From the IMG/VR virus record IMGVR_UViG_3300042542_002102, positions 5,676 to 69,675 of that record: 64,000 bases of DNA. The stretch is one strand, 5' to 3'. The position numbers and the translations under genes were made by a program. Positions 1 through 9,410 of the stretch are shown piece by piece. Within the stretch, counting starts at the first letter, position 1. The number at the start of each line of letters is the position of its first letter. This stretch comes from a virus. Taxonomy: Duplodnaviria > Caudoviricetes. The notes beneath the pieces are model-generated. The model made no database searches. It was not told the origin of the DNA and saw only the letters and a list, made by a program, of their open reading frames with translations.

Positions 1-417
1 ATAACTCCAGAAAATGGAGCAGCGATGAACTCTTCTATTACTTATGAGTATGACGTTCAGGTTTATTCACAAGGAGCAGGAACATACGATAAAATTTTGA
101 CACTTTTAACTGGCTCTATTTCTGTAACAGATGATGTTTCACAGGGGATTGGATCACCAAATAGAGCACCTGCCACATATAGAGTTATTTATAATAATAC
201 AAATGCAACAAGCGGACAAGTGCCAACAGATACAACAGAATATGTTCCAAACCAAAACGTCATTGTTGCAAATAACGGAACACTTGCAAGACTTGGATAC
301 TCTTTCTCTGGTTGGTCAAGATCTGCTGACGGAACTGGAACCGTATATACCGCAGGATCTACTATTCCTTTAATTAATGGAGACATAAGACTTTATCCTA
401 AGTGGACGGTACAATGA
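1..417 (+). CDS. Partial (5'-truncated) virion protein: BppU-N-like adaptor end plus Listeria-Bacteroides (InlB B-repeat) domain
   Basis: Frame is open from base 1. YDVQV...LLTGSISVTDDVSQ resembles the end of 6740..7129. YRVIYN...GTLARLGYSFSGW...GTVY.AG...LYPKW matches the B-repeat pattern. Confidence 0.65.
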   Translation: MTPENGAAMNSSITYEYDVQVYSQGAGTYDKILTLLTGSISVTDDVSQGIGSPNRAPATYRVIYNNTNATSGQVPTDTTEYVPNQNVIVANNGTLARLGYSFSGWSRSADGTGTVYTAGSTIPLINGDIRLYPKWTVQ

Positions 418-1001
418 CAAATATTTTTGTATCACCAGAAGATGTTAAAGTAATTGGCGGTACAGCAAATGTAAATGTCGAAGTAGATTTTGGACCACAA
501 GGACAAAGAGGAAACCTTTTCCTTGTAGGATACGGAAACCCAAATACAGTATCACATTCTGTTACATTGCAACTGCTTGATTTGTATATAAATGTTCAGG
601 CTACAGATGAAGACTATTTAGTTATGTACCAATACCAAAATGTTTCTGGCGTAAATACTTGGGTAGAAACAGCAACACTTATGACAGACAAGTTTAGTGT
701 AATTAGACAGGTAGCGTTTACAAATGGCAAGACAACAAGCGAAGTAGACTTTAAGGTATCTAATATTGCCCCACTTAGCCTTGTTGGTGGACTAACAGCA
801 GAAAATTTTAATATCCAATGCACATTCTCTGACCCTGCAAACCCTATTGCTCACTCAATTACAGTTAAACCTTTAGAGTTTCAGGCAGGTACTGGAGATC
901 AGATATTGCCAGTTGATATAAATGCCGTTGAATTTTCAGGAGGAAGTTGGGTTGGTCTAAATAGAACCGTCTATATTCATTTCCTAATTACGGTGGTATA
1001 A
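414..1001 (+). CDS. Virion structural / fibre adaptor protein
   Basis: ATGA overlap with the upstream stop. Short collagen-like GPQGQRG. Fibre-module context. Confidence 0.55.
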   Translation: MTNIFVSPEDVKVIGGTANVNVEVDFGPQGQRGNLFLVGYGNPNTVSHSVTLQLLDLYINVQATDEDYLVMYQYQNVSGVNTWVETATLMTDKFSVIRQVAFTNGKTTSEVDFKVSNIAPLSLVGGLTAENFNIQCTFSDPANPIAHSITVKPLEFQAGTGDQILPVDINAVEFSGGSWVGLNRTVYIHFLITVV

Positions 1002-1020
1002 TCTAAGATGGTGATATTAA

Positions 1021-4000
1021 ATGGCTGCTGAATTTATTGATGATACTGAAAATGGCTCTGGGTTATACCCAACCAAGATACCTGGCTATGAAGATGCAGC
1101 AGATATTCAGGAAGCATTAAGACTTTATCATTATGGATCAAATGTTATACCAACTTCAAATGATTTAAATGGTACAGCAACAAGTATCAACACAAAGTCA
1201 GTCGCAGGACACCTAAAATCTTTATCTAATGCAATTTCCTCAGAGGCAACAAGCAGAACAACTGCTGACACAAATCTTCAAAACCAAATAGATGGTATTT
1301 CAAACACTCTTTCTGCACAAAAAAGCGTAATTACAAAAAATACAGGTTTTACATTGGCTCTAACAGACGTATCAAAAACAATTCTTCTCAATACATCTTC
1401 AACAATGGACCTTACAGTTCCTACAAACTCATCTGTAGCAATTCCAGTAGGGTCTAGTTACAACTTAATTGAAATGGGTTCAGGAGTAACTCAGTTTGTT
1501 GCAGCAGCAGGAGTAACAATTAATAGCAAAAGATCACAACTATTTATTGACACACAGTATGGACAGGTAACTTTGTTAAAGGTTGCAGAAAATGCTTGGG
1601 TTGCATATGGTGATATATATGAAGGATCAAATGCTCAAACATTCTTTAATGTGACATACAACTGTGGTCCTGGAGTAACAGATTGTCCTCCAAATACAAC
1701 ATACACTACATCATATACAATACCAACAAACATTCCTGACTCTTTGCTTAGCAGTGATGGTGCTTTCCTTGGCTATTCACTTATTTCAGATAATACAAAC
1801 TGCGGATTAAATACTGCATACCCTAATGTATCTGCAGCAGACATTGCTAGTGGATATACAATTAGCGGTAACTGTGTTGGAAACTTGTCTTTATCTCCAG
1901 TATTTGCGTCTAACCCTGTTACACCAGTTACACCAGTAACGCCTGTTACACCAGTTACACCAGTAACACCAGTAACCCCTGTAACACCAGTAACCCCTGT
2001 AACACCAGATGTTACTCCTGTAACACCAGATGTCACTCCTGTAACACCAGTTACTCCTGTAACACCAGTTACACCACCAGTAATGCGAACAGTGCCTAGT
2101 GTTGTTGGGTTAACAAATTCTGCAGCGCAAAGTGCAATCACTACAGCAGGATTGTCAGTAGGAAGTTTTACAACGGGATCAGCAACATCTGACCCTGCAA
2201 ATGCTGACAAGGTTCAAAGCCAATTTCCTTCAGCAGGAACCCAAGTTGAATCAGGATCAAGTGTTAACCTAACAATGTGGAATTACTCAGCAGTAACACC
2301 ACCAACAACTTATTATGGTTGCTGCAGTAATGGAGCAGGAGTTGAAGGAACATATGCGTCTTCAGGTGCAGCAGTAACAGGACTACAAGCAGCGTGTGCT
2401 GCCGATGAACAAGGAAACACTTTAACTGGTGGAGTTTACACATCTCCACAGAGTTGTAATCCACCAGTGACACCAGTGACTCCTGTCACACCTGTCACAC
2501 CTGTAACTCCAGTTACCCCTGTAGATTGTTCAGACTATGGCCTTATTCCTGAGTCACAGTGTGAGGCTTGTGGATTAGTTTGGTCTCCAACATTTGGTGA
2601 ATGTATTGAGCCAGAAACTGTAACACCAGTTACTCCTGTAGATTGTTCAGATTATGGTCTTATTCCTCAGTCACAATGTGGTGCTTGTGGATTAGTATGG
2701 TCTCCAACATTTGGTGAGTGCATAGATCCAGGAAACTGGACTGCAGTAGGATGTTGTAATGGAACTGCTCTTGCAGGTGCTGGAGATACAGAAGCAGAAG
2801 CAATAGCAGATTTAAATTCTCAGTGTTCTGGTTCATTAACAAGCACTAGTACTACAACAGGAACAGCAACACTTCCAAACTGTTCAACAGGAGACTGGAC
2901 TGCAGTAGGATGTTGTAATGGAACTGCTCTTGCAGGTGCTGGAGATACAGAAGCAGAAGCAATAGCAGATTTAAATTCTCAGTGTTCTGGTTCATTAACA
3001 AGCACTAGTACTACAACAGGAACAGCAACACTTCCAAACTGTAGTGGATCTGTTACCCCTGTAACCCCTGTAACACCAGTAACTCCTGTAACACCAGTAA
3101 CCCCTGTAACACCAGTAACACCTGTAACACCAGTAACTCCTGTAACACCAGTAGATTGTTCAGACACAAGTTTGCTTAATTCAAGTCAGTGCGGTGCATG
3201 TGGTTTAGTTTGGAATGCATCGTTTAATGAATGCGTAGAACCATCAGTAACCCCAGCAGTAACACCTGCAGTAACACCAGCAGTAACGCCTGCAGTTACT
3301 CCTGCAGTAACCCCAGCAGTTACACCTGCAGTTACACCATCACAATGTCCACCAGGATATACTTGGTATCCAAACTTTGGTGAATGTATAGAAGATTCAG
3401 TAACACCTGCAGTAACACCTGCAGTAACACCTGCAGTAACACCTGCAGTAACACCAGAAGTTACTCCTGCAGTAACACCTGCAGTAACACCAGAAGTTAC
3501 TCCTGCAGTAACCCCAGCAGTTACACCTGCAGTTACACCAGAACCTTTCAGTTTCACACCACGCTTCATGGCATCGCTTGCACCAATGACAAAGGTCAGA
3601 ATGGCTGACGGATCCATGAAGGCTGCAGAAGATGTTTTGGTTGGAGATGTTCTTATGTCCGTAGAACTTCCAGACTTTGCGAACTCCTATACAACAGAAG
3701 AATTGCTTTCTTGGACGGCACAGCAAGACATAACAGAATTAGAGCCAACAACTACAACTGTAAATAAAGTTACTCTCCATCCATCTTCGTCCATAATTAG
3801 CGTAAACGAGGATGTTTTTTCTCCAAACCATATACTGTTGATTAGAAGAGGGGACGAAGTTTCAATGAAGAAGACTTCAGAACTTCTTCCTACAGATATG
3901 GTGTGGGATTACGCAGCAGATGGTTGGGCAGAAATAACAGTCCTAGAAATACACGACTATGATCACACTGTCATCACTATAAACTGTGAGCCTAACGATC

Positions 4001-4062
4001 TATTCTTTACTCACGGCGCTCTAACTCATGATGGTAATGAGTGGGCACAAAACCAAGAATAG
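1021..4062 (+). CDS. Modular tail fibre/adhesin: anchor, beta domain, PASTA, Cys-rich modules, VTP/AVTP repeats, C-terminal Hint domain
   Basis: PASTA-like [13 protein letters not shown]...V.SQ.P..G..V..GS.VNL (about 2086-2280). Hint from Ser852 (nt 3574): [32 protein letters not shown]. Confidence 0.8.
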   Translation: MAAEFIDDTENGSGLYPTKIPGYEDAADIQEALRLYHYGSNVIPTSNDLNGTATSINTKSVAGHLKSLSNAISSEATSRTTADTNLQNQIDGISNTLSAQKSVITKNTGFTLALTDVSKTILLNTSSTMDLTVPTNSSVAIPVGSSYNLIEMGSGVTQFVAAAGVTINSKRSQLFIDTQYGQVTLLKVAENAWVAYGDIYEGSNAQTFFNVTYNCGPGVTDCPPNTTYTTSYTIPTNIPDSLLSSDGAFLGYSLISDNTNCGLNTAYPNVSAADIASGYTISGNCVGNLSLSPVFASNPVTPVTPVTPVTPVTPVTPVTPVTPVTPVTPDVTPVTPDVTPVTPVTPVTPVTPPVMRTVPSVVGLTNSAAQSAITTAGLSVGSFTTGSATSDPANADKVQSQFPSAGTQVESGSSVNLTMWNYSAVTPPTTYYGCCSNGAGVEGTYASSGAAVTGLQAACAADEQGNTLTGGVYTSPQSCNPPVTPVTPVTPVTPVTPVTPVDCSDYGLIPESQCEACGLVWSPTFGECIEPETVTPVTPVDCSDYGLIPQSQCGACGLVWSPTFGECIDPGNWTAVGCCNGTALAGAGDTEAEAIADLNSQCSGSLTSTSTTTGTATLPNCSTGDWTAVGCCNGTALAGAGDTEAEAIADLNSQCSGSLTSTSTTTGTATLPNCSGSVTPVTPVTPVTPVTPVTPVTPVTPVTPVTPVTPVDCSDTSLLNSSQCGACGLVWNASFNECVEPSVTPAVTPAVTPAVTPAVTPAVTPAVTPAVTPSQCPPGYTWYPNFGECIEDSVTPAVTPAVTPAVTPAVTPEVTPAVTPAVTPEVTPAVTPAVTPAVTPEPFSFTPRFMASLAPMTKVRMADGSMKAAEDVLVGDVLMSVELPDFANSYTTEELLSWTAQQDITELEPTTTTVNKVTLHPSSSIISVNEDVFSPNHILLIRRGDEVSMKKTSELLPTDMVWDYAADGWAEITVLEIHDYDHTVITINCEPNDLFFTHGALTHDGNEWAQNQE
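1915..3540 (+). repeat. Coding tandem repeats: 9-bp VTP units (1915-2079, 2467-2520, 3052-3150) and 12-bp AVTP units (3247-3339, 3400-3540)
   Basis: Visible gtaacacca/gttactcct and gcagtaacacct arrays with synonymous variation. Confidence 0.95.
2735..3042 (+). repeat. 149-bp perfect direct repeat (2735-2883 / 2894-3042, period 159 bp) duplicating a Cys-rich module
   Basis: Base-by-base comparison. Encodes [14 protein letters not shown]...TATLPNC twice. Confidence 0.95.
3550..3632 (+). repeat. Dispersed direct repeat, copy 1 (65 bp identical, 83 bp with one mismatch, to 13073-13155), spanning the Hint N-terminal junction
   Basis: agtttcacaccacgcttcatggcatcgcttgcaccaatgacaaaggtcagaatggctgacggatc occurs at both loci. 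Confidence 0.95.
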
Positions 4063-4070
4063 TGTATAAT
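4062..4070 (+). promoter_or_regulatory. -10 promoter element (GTGTATAAT), probable leaderless transcript
   Basis: TATAAT ends 7 nt before ATG 4078 and there is no Shine-Dalgarno. Confidence 0.65.
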
Positions 4071-4077
4071 TTTATAT

Positions 4078-4323
4078 ATGACAAGTCGTATAGAAAAAAT
4101 AAAAGAAATAATAGAAACCAATAAAAAATCTGCTGTTGGTCCAATGGATATGATTAATCCAGAAACAGAATGGGTAGATGAAGAATTGTTTAATGAAAGA
4201 TTCTCTATCTGTAAAGCATGTCCAGAATTAATAAAATTAACAAAACAATGCAAAAAGTGTGGGTGCTTTATGACTGTAAAAAGTAAAATGAAATTGGCAT
4301 CTTGTCCGTTAGGTAAGTGGTAA
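4078..4323 (+). CDS. Small Cys-rich metal-binding protein (DUF6171-like)
   Basis: R..ICKAC...QCKKCGCF...K.K....CPLGKW motif. Confidence 0.65.
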   Translation: MTSRIEKIKEIIETNKKSAVGPMDMINPETEWVDEELFNERFSICKACPELIKLTKQCKKCGCFMTVKSKMKLASCPLGKW

Positions 4324-4922
4324 TGAAAAAAAGAGAAATTGCTCCAGGCATTATTGTATACTCTGACGCAATAAAAGAATCTGAATCCTTAGTTTTAGAT
4401 ATTGAAGAAGGAATGTCTAGTGCAAAAATAGAATGGCAATTAGCGGGAGTAAAAACGGGAGATGAAGATCCTGGGAAAAACAAGGAACTAAGAGATACTT
4501 TTGTAGTACCAATTCCATACAGCGATACAGAGATTAAAGATTTTGTTGGATTTCAGGGGTCATTCTTCTCGTCTCTCACAAACCTATTTCTTGAAAATCT
4601 AGGACCATTAGAGCATGACTATAAAGTAGATCATGGACTTTCTACAACCTGGCACGATCAGTATAGTATATTAAAATATGGAGTTGGACAAAAGTTTGTA
4701 AACCATATTGATGATCACAAAGATTATCATAGAAGAATGTCAACAATATATTATATTAATGATAACTACGAGGGTGGCGAAATAGTTTTTCCAAGATTTA
4801 ATATTAAATATAAGCCAGCAGCCAATGAGTTCTTAATTTTTCCATCAACCTATGTATATAATCATTCAGTGTCTCCAGTAATATCTGGAGAGAGATATGC
4901 TGTAGTAAGTTGGTTAAGATGA
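4323..4922 (+). CDS. 2OG-Fe(II) oxygenase, prolyl-4-hydroxylase-like
   Basis: Y..GQ.F..HID, YINDNYEGGEI.FP, distal H (HSV.PV..G.R). TAATG coupling to the upstream gene. Confidence 0.9.
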   Translation: MKKREIAPGIIVYSDAIKESESLVLDIEEGMSSAKIEWQLAGVKTGDEDPGKNKELRDTFVVPIPYSDTEIKDFVGFQGSFFSSLTNLFLENLGPLEHDYKVDHGLSTTWHDQYSILKYGVGQKFVNHIDDHKDYHRRMSTIYYINDNYEGGEIVFPRFNIKYKPAANEFLIFPSTYVYNHSVSPVISGERYAVVSWLR

Positions 4923-5494
4923 GTATAGATATGAACCTTGTTAGACAGGCAATAATAGAAAATAGAATTCATGTTTTTAAGAATGCTTTTGCAGATTTGC
5001 CATCTTTGGACACATTAATGTCGGTTGTTTCAAAGTATGTTGAAGAAGACCTAGAAAAGTTTCCAGAAAGATCATATCTTTTAAGTGATTTTGTCGAAGG
5101 CGAGTCCTCTGATATGAGACTGAAGTGTAGATTTTGGTCAAGAATGGCTTTTCAACTTTACGACACAGAAGATACATATATGTCAATAATACCTGAGTTG
5201 GCTCCAGTTACAGAGTGGGCACTTTCTCATTACCCTGCAGATATTTATACTGGCAATTTTGGTTTGGTATCTTTAATGAAAAACAGAGGTGTGGTTGGTA
5301 GCAAACATAGAGATTATGTTGACCAGTTTCAGTGGGTAGTTAAAGGTGAAATGATCTGGCGCACAGGAGAGAATCTAGAAAATGAAACTCATGTTGTAGA
5401 AGGCGATTTTATATTTGTACCTAAAAATCTTGCTCATGAGGTTGAGACAATAAAAGCCCCAAGAGTAGCGATTAACCTAATATTAAGAAACTAA
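4919..5494 (+). CDS. Cupin/JmjC-like Fe(II) dioxygenase
   Basis: HRD...WVVKGEMIW...GDFIFVP....HEV. ATGA overlap. Confidence 0.75.
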   Translation: MSIDMNLVRQAIIENRIHVFKNAFADLPSLDTLMSVVSKYVEEDLEKFPERSYLLSDFVEGESSDMRLKCRFWSRMAFQLYDTEDTYMSIIPELAPVTEWALSHYPADIYTGNFGLVSLMKNRGVVGSKHRDYVDQFQWVVKGEMIWRTGENLENETHVVEGDFIFVPKNLAHEVETIKAPRVAINLILRN

Positions 5495-5530
5495 AAAGCA
5501 CCTACAGATTTCTCCATAGGTGCCTTTAGT
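5493..5530. terminator. Probable bidirectional intrinsic terminator between convergent genes
   Basis: Stem GCACCTA (5498-5504) / TAGGTGC (5517-5523) flanked by A and T tracts. Confidence 0.7.
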
Positions 5531-5537
5531 TATTTTT

Positions 5538-6101
5538 TTACTTAGGAAATTTGCTCATCCAAAATTTTGTTCTTGGGGTGATGCCCTTCCATGAGGACCA
5601 ATCTTCCCCACCGTTTGTCATGTAGTATGCAATTTCTGCATTCTTGACGGGATTGAATAGTTCAGCGTTAGAGTCAAGATCAAACTTAGTTCTACGATCA
5701 GGACCAAGTGCGTCAATCATGTTAATTTGAAACATACCATAAGACGAGTCACCAGTCTTGTGATTGCCGTTAAAAGCCAATGGACGACCATTAGACTCTT
5801 TTTTAGCAACTGCCCAAGCAACTACAAGGTCTTGACCCTTGAAGCCTACTAGAGAAAGCAGTTCCTTTAATTCTGAATCAGTCAGAGAAACCTTATTCTC
5901 AAAACTCTCTAGTTTTTTTGCCTTAGAAACCAAAAAAACCTCTTTCGAGGCTGGTTCCAATGTCTGAGCCTGTTCAAGGCTAAGATTGTTCTTAGTATCA
6001 AGACCTGAATCAGCATTTGCTCCGTTCGACAAAACAGTTACTAATGCTACGATACTGAGTGTGCTAATGATCTCTTTGTTTCTTTCGATAAATTTAATCA
6101 T
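5538..6101 (-). CDS. Secreted lysozyme-like lytic transglycosylase (SLT/Rpf-like)
   Basis: SD AAGGAGG before ATG 6101. Hydrophobic signal ending ANA. Catalytic motifs AVAKKES.G, SYGMFQIN, L.NP..NA..A, W..W. Confidence 0.85.
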   Translation of the reverse strand: MIKFIERNKEIISTLSIVALVTVLSNGANADSGLDTKNNLSLEQAQTLEPASKEVFLVSKAKKLESFENKVSLTDSELKELLSLVGFKGQDLVVAWAVAKKESNGRPLAFNGNHKTGDSSYGMFQINMIDALGPDRRTKFDLDSNAELFNPVKNAEIAYYMTNGGEDWSSWKGITPRTKFWMSKFPK

Positions 6102-6148
6102 AGTTTCCTCCTTAGAAAACAATAACACCTTGGTAGGTGTCTACACCA

Positions 6149-6193
6149 AGTATAACATAATTTTGAGCCAAAAGTCAAATCTGGGTGTATAAT
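6149..6193. promoter_or_regulatory. Back-to-back divergent promoters: TGTTATACT on the minus strand (6149-6157) and GTGTATAAT on the plus strand (6185-6193)
   Basis: Both match the recurring -10 motif upstream of divergent starts 6101(-) and 6203(+). Confidence 0.65.
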
Positions 6194-6202
6194 TATTTTA
6201 TT

Positions 6203-6727
6203 ATGACCACTTATAACTTTTCTGCCACGGGAGTCAAATATCCCCTTGAAAACTCCCCTGTCAACGTACACGGAGACTTTAAAAAATTAGCAGAATCTTT
6301 AGATGCAATTCTACCAGCATACGGGGTATCATATTTTCAGATTGATGTAAATAATAATAGCGGAGCAGCGATTAATGCAGGAGTTCCAGTCTTTGCAACA
6401 AATGGAAAAGTAAATGGCAAGGTTACAATTGGAAAAGCACTTCCATCAACTACTGCTCCAATATTAGGGTTATTAAAAAACAATACAGCAAATGGCTCTG
6501 ATGGAATAGTTGTTGTTGCTGGAGTTATGGAAGGTCTAAACACTTCAGGTTTTGCTGCAGGACAAACACTTTATGTAGGAGCATCTGGAGGTCTAACAAA
6601 CGTTAGGCCAGTAGGAGGATCTGCAGCAGTTGGAATTTGTGCAGTTGCAGATAATGTTAATGGAATAGTTATAGTAGAAGCAAAAGGAAACGGTACCTGG
6701 GGAGCACTCAGAGACGGTTTGTCGTGA
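6203..6727 (+). CDS. Virion fibre/decoration protein (DUF2190/capsid-cement-like C-terminal domain)
   Basis: N-terminal YP......V.GDFKKLAES anchor motif. NNSGAAI.AG.PV...G.VV..G...GLNTS.F.AG.TLY pattern. Confidence 0.55.
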   Translation: MTTYNFSATGVKYPLENSPVNVHGDFKKLAESLDAILPAYGVSYFQIDVNNNSGAAINAGVPVFATNGKVNGKVTIGKALPSTTAPILGLLKNNTANGSDGIVVVAGVMEGLNTSGFAAGQTLYVGASGGLTNVRPVGGSAAVGICAVADNVNGIVIVEAKGNGTWGALRDGLS

Positions 6728-6733
6728 TATAAT
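6725..6733 (+). promoter_or_regulatory. Extended -10 promoter TGATATAAT, leaderless
   Basis: 6 nt upstream of ATG 6740. Confidence 0.7.
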
Positions 6734-6739
6734 AAACAA

Positions 6740-7129
6740 ATGGCAACCTTTAGAAATCAACCCACAGACTCTTATGCACTGGGTGCTGCCCCACCAGAAA
6801 TTCGTTGGACAGTTGTCCGTGGAGATTCAGCAGCCTTTCGTGTTTATGTAACAAACGATGCAAGAGAGCCACTTCTTCTTGAAGACTGGCAAGTTGCTAT
6901 GGATATTTATCGTCCTTCAACAAGTACAAAAATTTTAGACTTAACTCCAGAACCCATTGAGTTTCAAGATGAAGAAGGAAGTTTTACAGTTAAACTAACA
7001 TCATCACAATCTAGAATTCTTCAGACAGGAGATATTTTCGACATCCAACTTACAGAACTTTTATCAGAAGGTAGAGTTTGGACGGTAGCCAAAGGATCAA
7101 TGGTTATCATTGAAGATATAACACAGTAA
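6740..7129 (+). CDS. BppU-N-like fibre adaptor protein
   Basis: VRGDS..F.V...G...VKLT..QS..L....FDIQ...V.T...G.M...EDIT. Confidence 0.6.
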   Translation: MATFRNQPTDSYALGAAPPEIRWTVVRGDSAAFRVYVTNDAREPLLLEDWQVAMDIYRPSTSTKILDLTPEPIEFQDEEGSFTVKLTSSQSRILQTGDIFDIQLTELLSEGRVWTVAKGSMVIIEDITQ

Positions 7130-7338
7130 TGCAAACAACACACCAACTAGCCCACGGACAAATAAAAGAACTTGACTCAAGATCTATTCGTATAGATCAC
7201 ATACAGCCAAAAGCGGTTTTACTTGAGGTATTACCTTTTAGAGTTCGCTTCACAAACGTAAGTGTTTTTGGATATTCTAAAACAAATCCACCTCCAATCC
7301 CACTTCAGGTTATTGGATATAGCAACTATATTCTTTAA
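7129..7338 (+). CDS. Small hypothetical virion-module protein
   Basis: TAATG-coupled ORF in the structural cluster. Confidence 0.5.
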   Translation: MQTTHQLAHGQIKELDSRSIRIDHIQPKAVLLEVLPFRVRFTNVSVFGYSKTNPPPIPLQVIGYSNYIL

Positions 7339-7355
7339 TTAGATAATTAAAAGGG

Positions 7356-7364
7356 TGATATAAT
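7356..7364 (+). promoter_or_regulatory. Extended -10 promoter TGATATAAT, leaderless
   Basis: 6 nt upstream of ATG 7371. Confidence 0.7.
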
Positions 7365-7370
7365 TGCCAC

Positions 7371-7817
7371 ATGGCTAAAGTATCAATTCCATCAGTTAAG
7401 GCTCTATTCCAAACAGGAGATAGACCAACTCAAGAAAATTATGTAGATTTAATCGACACCGCAACTGCTCAGTCAACAGACTTGGGCTCTTCAGGTAATA
7501 ATGAAAATACAATCAATGGTATTGAGAACTTAACTGTTGTTGATAACTTTGACGCTACAGTTTGGCGTATGGTCAAGTATATTGTTTCAATATCAAAGAC
7601 CTCTGCAGGGGACAACAAGTTCTATGCAACCGAACTAACAATTCTCGTTGACGGTACAAATGTAAATGTCAGCGAATACGGAACAATCGACAATGATGGG
7701 AATATTGGCACCATTAATGTCTCTCGCACTGGAAATACCGTGGCCTTAACAGTCACTCCAGATCCTGCGATCAAGCCAGTCACCGTACGATATGCTCGTA
7801 TGGGACTTAAGGCATAA
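7371..7817 (+). CDS. Short fibre adaptor protein
   Basis: N-terminal FQTGDRPTQENY.DLID motif. C-terminal beta domain (R..KY.V...EYG) is paralogous to the end of 7837..9375. Confidence 0.6.
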   Translation: MAKVSIPSVKALFQTGDRPTQENYVDLIDTATAQSTDLGSSGNNENTINGIENLTVVDNFDATVWRMVKYIVSISKTSAGDNKFYATELTILVDGTNVNVSEYGTIDNDGNIGTINVSRTGNTVALTVTPDPAIKPVTVRYARMGLKA

Positions 7818-7836
7818 TAAAAGGAGATATAAAAAA

Positions 7837-9375
7837 ATGGCAACAGTAAATAAAGATTTTAAAATTAAGAGTGGTTTAATCGTTGAAGGTACAACAGCGA
7901 CAGTTAACGGTTTTGACGTTATTACAAAGAAGCAGGCAGATCAAGACTATATCGTTGGTCTTATTGGTGGTACAGCAACATCTGAAAACACTGCAAACAC
8001 AGTTGTAAAGCGTGATGCTAATGGTAACTTTGCTGCAGGAACAATTACAGCAAACATTACTGGTACAGTATCAAGTCTTTCAAACCACGATACAGCAGAT
8101 CTTGCAGAAAATGCATCAAACAAGTACTTTACAAATCAAAGAGCACTTGATGCAACTGCAGCAGCATACGATGCAGCAGGTTCAGCATCAGCAGCACAAG
8201 CAGCAGCACAGACATTTGCTACAAATGCAGACACAGCAGTTCGCACAGCAGTAACAACTGAAATTGGAACTGCAAAGACAGAGGCAATCAATGCCGCTGC
8301 AGCAGATGCAACATCTAAGGCAAACGCAGCACAGGCAGCAGCAGAAGCAACAGCAGCAGCAGCACTTTCAACTGCAATCTCAACAGAAGTTTCAAATCGT
8401 AACTCAGCAATTACTACAGCAGTAGCAGCAGTAGTTGACTCAGCACCTGCAGCACTTGATACTCTTAATGAGTTAGCAGCAGCGCTTTCTGATTCACCAG
8501 ATACAGTTACAAATCTTACAACTCTTGTTGGAACAAAGGCTCCACTAGCATCACCAGCATTAACTGGCGTACCTACAGCACCAACAGCAGCAGCAGATAC
8601 AAGCACAACTCAGATTGCTACAACAGCATTTGCTAAGGCAGAGGCTGACGCAGCACAAGCAGCAGCAGAGGCTACAGCATCAGCAGATGCTACAAGCAAG
8701 GCTAATGCAGCACAATCTGCAGCAGCAACAGATGCTACTACAAAGGCAAACGCTGCACAGGCTGCAGCAATTGCACACGCAGATGCACTTACAACATCTG
8801 ATGTAGCAGAAGGAACATCACAGTACTTCACAGATGCTCGTGCTAAGTCTTCAGCAGCAGACCTTTTGGTTGGTGCAACAAAGACTAACATTACAATTAC
8901 AGGAACAGGTGCAGGTCTTGTTATTACCGCAGAAAACGGTGTAGCAGATTCTACAACATCTGATCTTGCAGAAGGAACAAACAAGTACTTTACAGATGCT
9001 CGTGCAGTCACTGCACTTCAAGCAGTTGTTCCAAACTTCACATCAGTTGATTTGAATTCAGTTGCTAAGCAAGTTGCAGCAACTCTTTCAGCACCAACTG
9101 CAGGAATTCAGACAGCCCACGCTTTCGCAAAGGCTGACTACCGTTCAGCAGAATACCTTGTAAAGGTTGCCTACGGAACACACACTGAAATATCAAAGGT
9201 TCTTTTGACACTTGATACTTCAGATAACATTGCAATTACTGAATACGGAATCGTTGGAACAAATGGCTCAGCGTCATCAATTTCAGCAGGTATCTCAGGA
9301 GCAAATGTACAACTTCAGGTTACAACCACTAACAATAACTCAACAGTTACTGTAATGGGAACACTTCTTAAGTAA
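7837..9375 (+). CDS. Ala-rich coiled-coil tail fibre
   Basis: SD AAGGAG before ATG 7837. DATSKANAAQ repeats, AP.ALDTL.ELAAAL, SPALTG.PTAPT, three D.AE...YFT..RA motifs. Confidence 0.8.
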   Translation: MATVNKDFKIKSGLIVEGTTATVNGFDVITKKQADQDYIVGLIGGTATSENTANTVVKRDANGNFAAGTITANITGTVSSLSNHDTADLAENASNKYFTNQRALDATAAAYDAAGSASAAQAAAQTFATNADTAVRTAVTTEIGTAKTEAINAAAADATSKANAAQAAAEATAAAALSTAISTEVSNRNSAITTAVAAVVDSAPAALDTLNELAAALSDSPDTVTNLTTLVGTKAPLASPALTGVPTAPTAAADTSTTQIATTAFAKAEADAAQAAAEATASADATSKANAAQSAAATDATTKANAAQAAAIAHADALTTSDVAEGTSQYFTDARAKSSAADLLVGATKTNITITGTGAGLVITAENGVADSTTSDLAEGTNKYFTDARAVTALQAVVPNFTSVDLNSVAKQVAATLSAPTAGIQTAHAFAKADYRSAEYLVKVAYGTHTEISKVLLTLDTSDNIAITEYGIVGTNGSASSISAGISGANVQLQVTTTNNNSTVTVMGTLLK

Positions 9376-9410
9376 TAAAAAATAAAAATAGTTGGAAGAG
9401 GGAGCAGTAA

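Noticed and set aside
1915-3540. Tandem arrays as a CRISPR array or DGR template/variable repeats
   Set aside because: Units are 9-15 bp in-frame coding repeats with no unique spacers. The 65-bp repeat pair shows no adenine-specific mismatches, and no reverse transcriptase is present in the window.
3574-4062. Hint domains as mobile inteins
   Set aside because: C-terminal position, no homing endonuclease, no +1 nucleophile and no substantial C-extein. No inteins were seen in NrdJ, DnaB, DnaE, RecA or TerL.
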